In this document: piece by piece, positions 60,529-64,000 of the stretch
How positions within the stretch are numbered: the stretch's first letter is position 1
Layout of the letters: the number at the start of each line of letters is the position of its first letter
Assembly: GCA_963806535.1 (NCBI GenBank)
Contig: CAWDYC010000006.1
Coordinates: forward strand, 64,001-128,000
DNA length: 64,000 bases
Reading direction: 5' to 3'
DNA from: Candidatus Bathyarchaeota archaeon
GTDB taxonomy: Archaea; Thermoproteota; Bathyarchaeia; Bathyarchaeales; Bathycorpusculaceae
The notes under the pieces: generated by a model
What the model saw: the letters and a program-made list of their open reading frames with translations, nothing else
Told to the model about the DNA's origin: nothing
Database searches by the model: none
Position numbers and translations under genes: made by a program

Positions 60529-60671
60529 AACCTTAACTGACCTTTCCAGACCTTTTTGGGCCATTTTGGACCTTTTTGGACCTTTGCGAACCTTTCTGGT
60601 CCGCAACCTGTAGACGAATTAAGCTTTAAAACAAAAAAGCAACCCAAAATACAAAGAACAAAATTTGCAGC
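60529..60671 (+). repeat. Decamer-array + tail element, copy G
   Basis: NNCC units every 10 bp from 60529 to 60599 (GACCTTTTTG-like), then CAACCTGTAG...AAAAAAGCAACCCAAAATACAAAGAACAAAATTTGCAG. Confidence 0.88.
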
Positions 60672-60695
60672 AAAAAAATAGGTGAATATTGATAT

Positions 60696-61427
60696 ATGAT
60701 TCATAAAAACTTAAAGATGTGGAGCAGTAGTTTCATGGGGTTTAGTATGGTCGCTTCAGTTTGGGTAATCGCTAAGAAAATTTTCAGTGTATCTTTGATT
60801 CTTAACGCACTTATAACTTTAGCTACAGTAGCCCAAATCATTTTTTATCATTACCAGGCTTTTCCTTATTGGCAGCCGTATTCGCCATACGTTTTTAATG
60901 GAAGCGTTTTTTTCCTGGTAATAATCGCGGCACTCATGAATATTTATCCCAGCGCTAGCTTGGGTCGAACTCTGCATACTGGACGATTCTTGTTCCATCA
61001 TTATGTGTATGGTTTTTTTGTTTTGCTCTTTTCCGCTGTTTTTGTTGTGGTTTTTACGTCTGTTTCGTTGTTTAGTCTTTTTCTGGTATACAATCAAACT
61101 GTTGCGGTTAATGCTGGGAAATTTCTTTTCTTAATCGGATTTGCCCTGCTCCTGGATGATCTTCCTGATGTTTCAAAAAGAATCGATTCGTTCTTGAACA
61201 CTGTGAAGTTTAAGGCTTACCAGGGACGAAAAGTTCTTCATTTTCTTCAACTGATCGTGGGGTTGGTTTCGTTCTATGTCTTTCTAGCGGTCAGCCTCTG
61301 GACCACACAACATCCCGAGCTTGCCCTTCCAGCATCTTTTACAAGCGGCACCTTTCTCATAACCAGCCTCACCTCACTTGCTTTTGCAAAAAGAAAGGCA
61401 TGGCTCAAAATCGCTCCAACTGAATAG
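60696..61427 (+). CDS. Polytopic membrane protein
   Basis: About 6 TMs, GRFLFHHYVYG and LLLDDLPDVS motifs. Confidence 0.65.
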   Translation: MIHKNLKMWSSSFMGFSMVASVWVIAKKIFSVSLILNALITLATVAQIIFYHYQAFPYWQPYSPYVFNGSVFFLVIIAALMNIYPSASLGRTLHTGRFLFHHYVYGFFVLLFSAVFVVVFTSVSLFSLFLVYNQTVAVNAGKFLFLIGFALLLDDLPDVSKRIDSFLNTVKFKAYQGRKVLHFLQLIVGLVSFYVFLAVSLWTTQHPELALPASFTSGTFLITSLTSLAFAKRKAWLKIAPTE

Positions 61428-61447
61428 GTAGAAGTGCAATCGGATGT

Positions 61448-62101
61448 ATGGAAAAGTTCTTTAATCATTATCGATTGACACTTTGTATTCTTGACGAAAC
61501 TATTTTTTTTTCCGAACGTTTAGGAGTATTTTTTATCTTGAGAAATTCCGATAAATTTTGTATTGAAGATCATAGCGACATTGAAACTGTAAAGATTCTT
61601 CAAGTTTTTGAGAGAAAATTCAATCTCTACGTAGTGTTCTCTGTTGTTTATGGGTTTGTTTTTGTAAATTATATAGATATTATTTCAGGTGGTTTTAATG
61701 GTTATCACCTGTGGCTTATTATCATGTATTTTTTTCCTTTCATAACACTGTCAATATTTTTTCCCAGAAACTGGCAGTTGACTTTGGGGTTGGGCTTTAT
61801 TGCTTCGTTGATGAATGATTTGTTCTATGGAGTTGTTAGAAACTTGATGGGTTTCCCGCTTGATTTAAAATGGTATTACATTTCTTGGCTTATTCCGGGC
61901 AACGCCACTCTATTTCATTTGAACCTCGGCTTCGCGGTCCTTCCTGTTATTTCATGGATGATGGCGCTCTCTATTTATGCAAGATTCATCGTGGTTTTCT
62001 TCTTACTGAGAACGTGGAAAATACAAGCAAAAGTTAGATGTGTAAATGATGCACGGACAAAAAAGAAAGCTTTACTAAGTAAATTGGCAGAAAAATTCTG
62101 A
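61448..62101 (+). CDS. Membrane protein
   Basis: NYIDI, GYHLWL and ASLMNDLFY motifs; start uncertain. Confidence 0.6.
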   Translation: MEKFFNHYRLTLCILDETIFFSERLGVFFILRNSDKFCIEDHSDIETVKILQVFERKFNLYVVFSVVYGFVFVNYIDIISGGFNGYHLWLIIMYFFPFITLSIFFPRNWQLTLGLGFIASLMNDLFYGVVRNLMGFPLDLKWYYISWLIPGNATLFHLNLGFAVLPVISWMMALSIYARFIVVFFLLRTWKIQAKVRCVNDARTKKKALLSKLAEKF

Positions 62102-62140
62102 TCGAACTCATTCACTACTTTCAGGTTTGCGTTGTCGAGG

Positions 62141-63113
62141 TTAAGTTGCTGGGGCGGTTACGTTAAGCCAGATTTGTCCCCATGTTTGTTGGTATTGGTT
62201 TTGGTTTAGGGTTTGATTGTAGAGGTAGAGTTCAAATATTATTCTTTGGTTCAAGCCTGGCTGTGTTAAAGTTACGTTTACTGGAAAGGTCCATGTTTGG
62301 TTGTTAGGTAATATTTGGCTAAACTGTTGAATTGGCGCTATAGGAGCTGGGTTTACTGCTGTATCATTATTTCCAAGTTTTACCATAATGGTATAGTAAA
62401 TTGGGCTGCCCATTTGGTTGCCAACATAACAATACAGGTTAACGGTGTCACTTGCAACTACTTGATGAGGATAGTCGCCTAACTTCATGTTTGGCCCCAA
62501 GACACCTAATTCTGAGAATTGCTCACCTTGATTTTCTAGGAAGCACAAATAATGAAACCGAAAAAAACGCTATAATAATGGTTATGCCTAAAAATATGGC
62601 ACATAATTGTTCTGCTGTAATGATTAAGGATTTGTTATTTGCTAGGGGGTTTTTGGTTTTTATTCGATAGTTCTTTCGTAGATTAAACCAGATTCTCCAA
62701 AGTAATTTTGGACCAAAAGCATAGACAAGAATTCCTGCCAATATTAGACTGACAGCAGATGCTACTGCAATTATAGGCAATACGTTTGATGCTGATTGCT
62801 GAGCTGCAATTGCTTGCTGCGTAACGTTTTGAGCAATTATTTGCGCTTGATCAACTAATGATTGTGCTCGTTGCGGATTTGTTGAATTCAATTGTTGGGC
62901 TTGCGCTGTCAAGTTTATGGCTTGGTTTAGTTGCTGTATGAGTTGGTTTGTGTCAGCGCCAGCGTTGGAAGCTTTGAGGATTGCTTTGTAGGCGCTATAG
63001 GTTGCGTCTTGTGCACTGTTGGTTGAGGCTGATTGACCATAGGTCATTGCGATCGCTGGAACTGTAATTAATAATAGCAGAAGAACTGTCATTAATTCTG
63101 TTGTTCTTTTCAT
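62141..63113 (-). CDS. DUF1616-like protein (frameshift near 62535)
   Basis: Helical N-terminus AYKAILKASNAGAD; EQFSELGVLGP...YP...VGN.MG...RIIFELY C-terminus. Confidence 0.7.
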
Positions 63114-63167
63114 ACCCTCTCTCGTTCTCTGAAATAACGATTTCTAAGCATAAGACATATATAAAAA

Positions 63168-63794
63168 TTGATAAGGATTACCTGTATTATCATCTCATTT
63201 GGAGGGAGCAGAGGGTTGAGTGCTGATTTAGATAAAATTATTTTGGAAACCGCTAAATCGCTAAATCAACCTATTGTTTCTGATCTTGTTGACAATTTGG
63301 TTAACAAAAAAGGCTTGAAATTCAAAGAAGCGACTAAAGCTGTCTACATTGAATGGAAAAAAGGCACTTTAGACCTAACTGAAGCTAAGCCTTCTTCATC
63401 CTTAGCAAGTTATCTTTTCAATCTGGAAAACATGTGGTTCTGGGGCACAACCATATTAGTAGCTTTTACGATGCTCGTTGTTTTCACTGTTGATAGCACT
63501 GTGCTGCTTTATGTTCGATATGTTTTAGGCGGCATTTTTATTTTATTTTTGCCAGGGTTCATGCTTGTCTCTGTGCTTTATCCAAGGGGCCGAGAGATTG
63601 ATGAGCTTGAAAGAGTGGCTCTGTCAATAGGTTTGAGTCTCGCTATCGTACCGCTTGTCGGACTTGTGCTAAACTATACTCCTTGGGGAATAACTTTAAC
63701 GCCAATTATGATTTCTTTGGCTTTTTTTTCAGAAGCACTGGCGTTTAGTGCGTTTGTAAGAAAATATCAATATTACAAGATAGGTTCAAAGTAA
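63168..63794 (+). CDS. DUF1616 family membrane protein
   Basis: LFLPGF.L...LYP...LERVALSIGLSLAIVPLVGLVLNYTPWGI. Confidence 0.85.
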   Translation: MIRITCIIISFGGSRGLSADLDKIILETAKSLNQPIVSDLVDNLVNKKGLKFKEATKAVYIEWKKGTLDLTEAKPSSSLASYLFNLENMWFWGTTILVAFTMLVVFTVDSTVLLYVRYVLGGIFILFLPGFMLVSVLYPRGREIDELERVALSIGLSLAIVPLVGLVLNYTPWGITLTPIMISLAFFSEALAFSAFVRKYQYYKIGSK

Positions 63795-64000
63795 TCATTA
63801 CCGAACTTCGACACTTCTGCAAAATGTTTTGTTTACTCTCTTTTATGGAAAAGCTTTAAACTTTAATAAAAAGGATGATACCGTAAATGGTCATTTAGGA
63901 GAGACGGGTGGGAATAGAGGGCGCTCCGACTTACTGGTGTAAACAATGAAACCTATTAGCAATTCATTCACTCTGCTTGGCGTTTGTTTAAGTCTGTCAG

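Overview
Archaeal chromosomal window, probably Bathyarchaeia (inferred from VPEF/PEF-CTERM surface proteins, DUF1616 genes, frequent TTG/GTG starts and archaeal tRNAs). 1-22.7 kb is mostly housekeeping and envelope genes: a MacB-type permease, two wHTH+membrane regulator modules, GT-C/GT2 glycosyltransferases, tRNA-Ser(TGA), a JAMM protein, a DUF2400-nuclease fusion, tRNA-Val(GAC), a TagF/MTase/GT4 glycosylation cluster, a PAS protein and glycogen phosphorylase. 22.8-45 kb is accessory: a tyrosine integrase preceded by a nested hairpin, a three-gene HEPN cargo, an HUH rolling-circle Rep, a DDE IS, about 7 type II toxin-antitoxin modules and four PEF-CTERM surface-protein genes, three of which share a promoter box. 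45-64 kb holds a subtilase, a giant Kelch/beta-propeller/Ig-repeat protein, an ABC system and DUF1616 proteins. The most unusual signal is a dispersed, always co-oriented non-coding element (at least 9 copies). Each has an array of 10-bp-period repeats with a copy-specific unit, followed by a conserved ~70-bp tail. Copies bracket TA modules and interrupt PEF-CTERM tails, which suggests a cassette or mobilisation system possibly served by the neighbouring integrase or HUH Rep. Many genes carry single-base frameshifts in homopolymers, most likely long-read assembly errors. All family assignments are by motif recognition only; no database searches were run.
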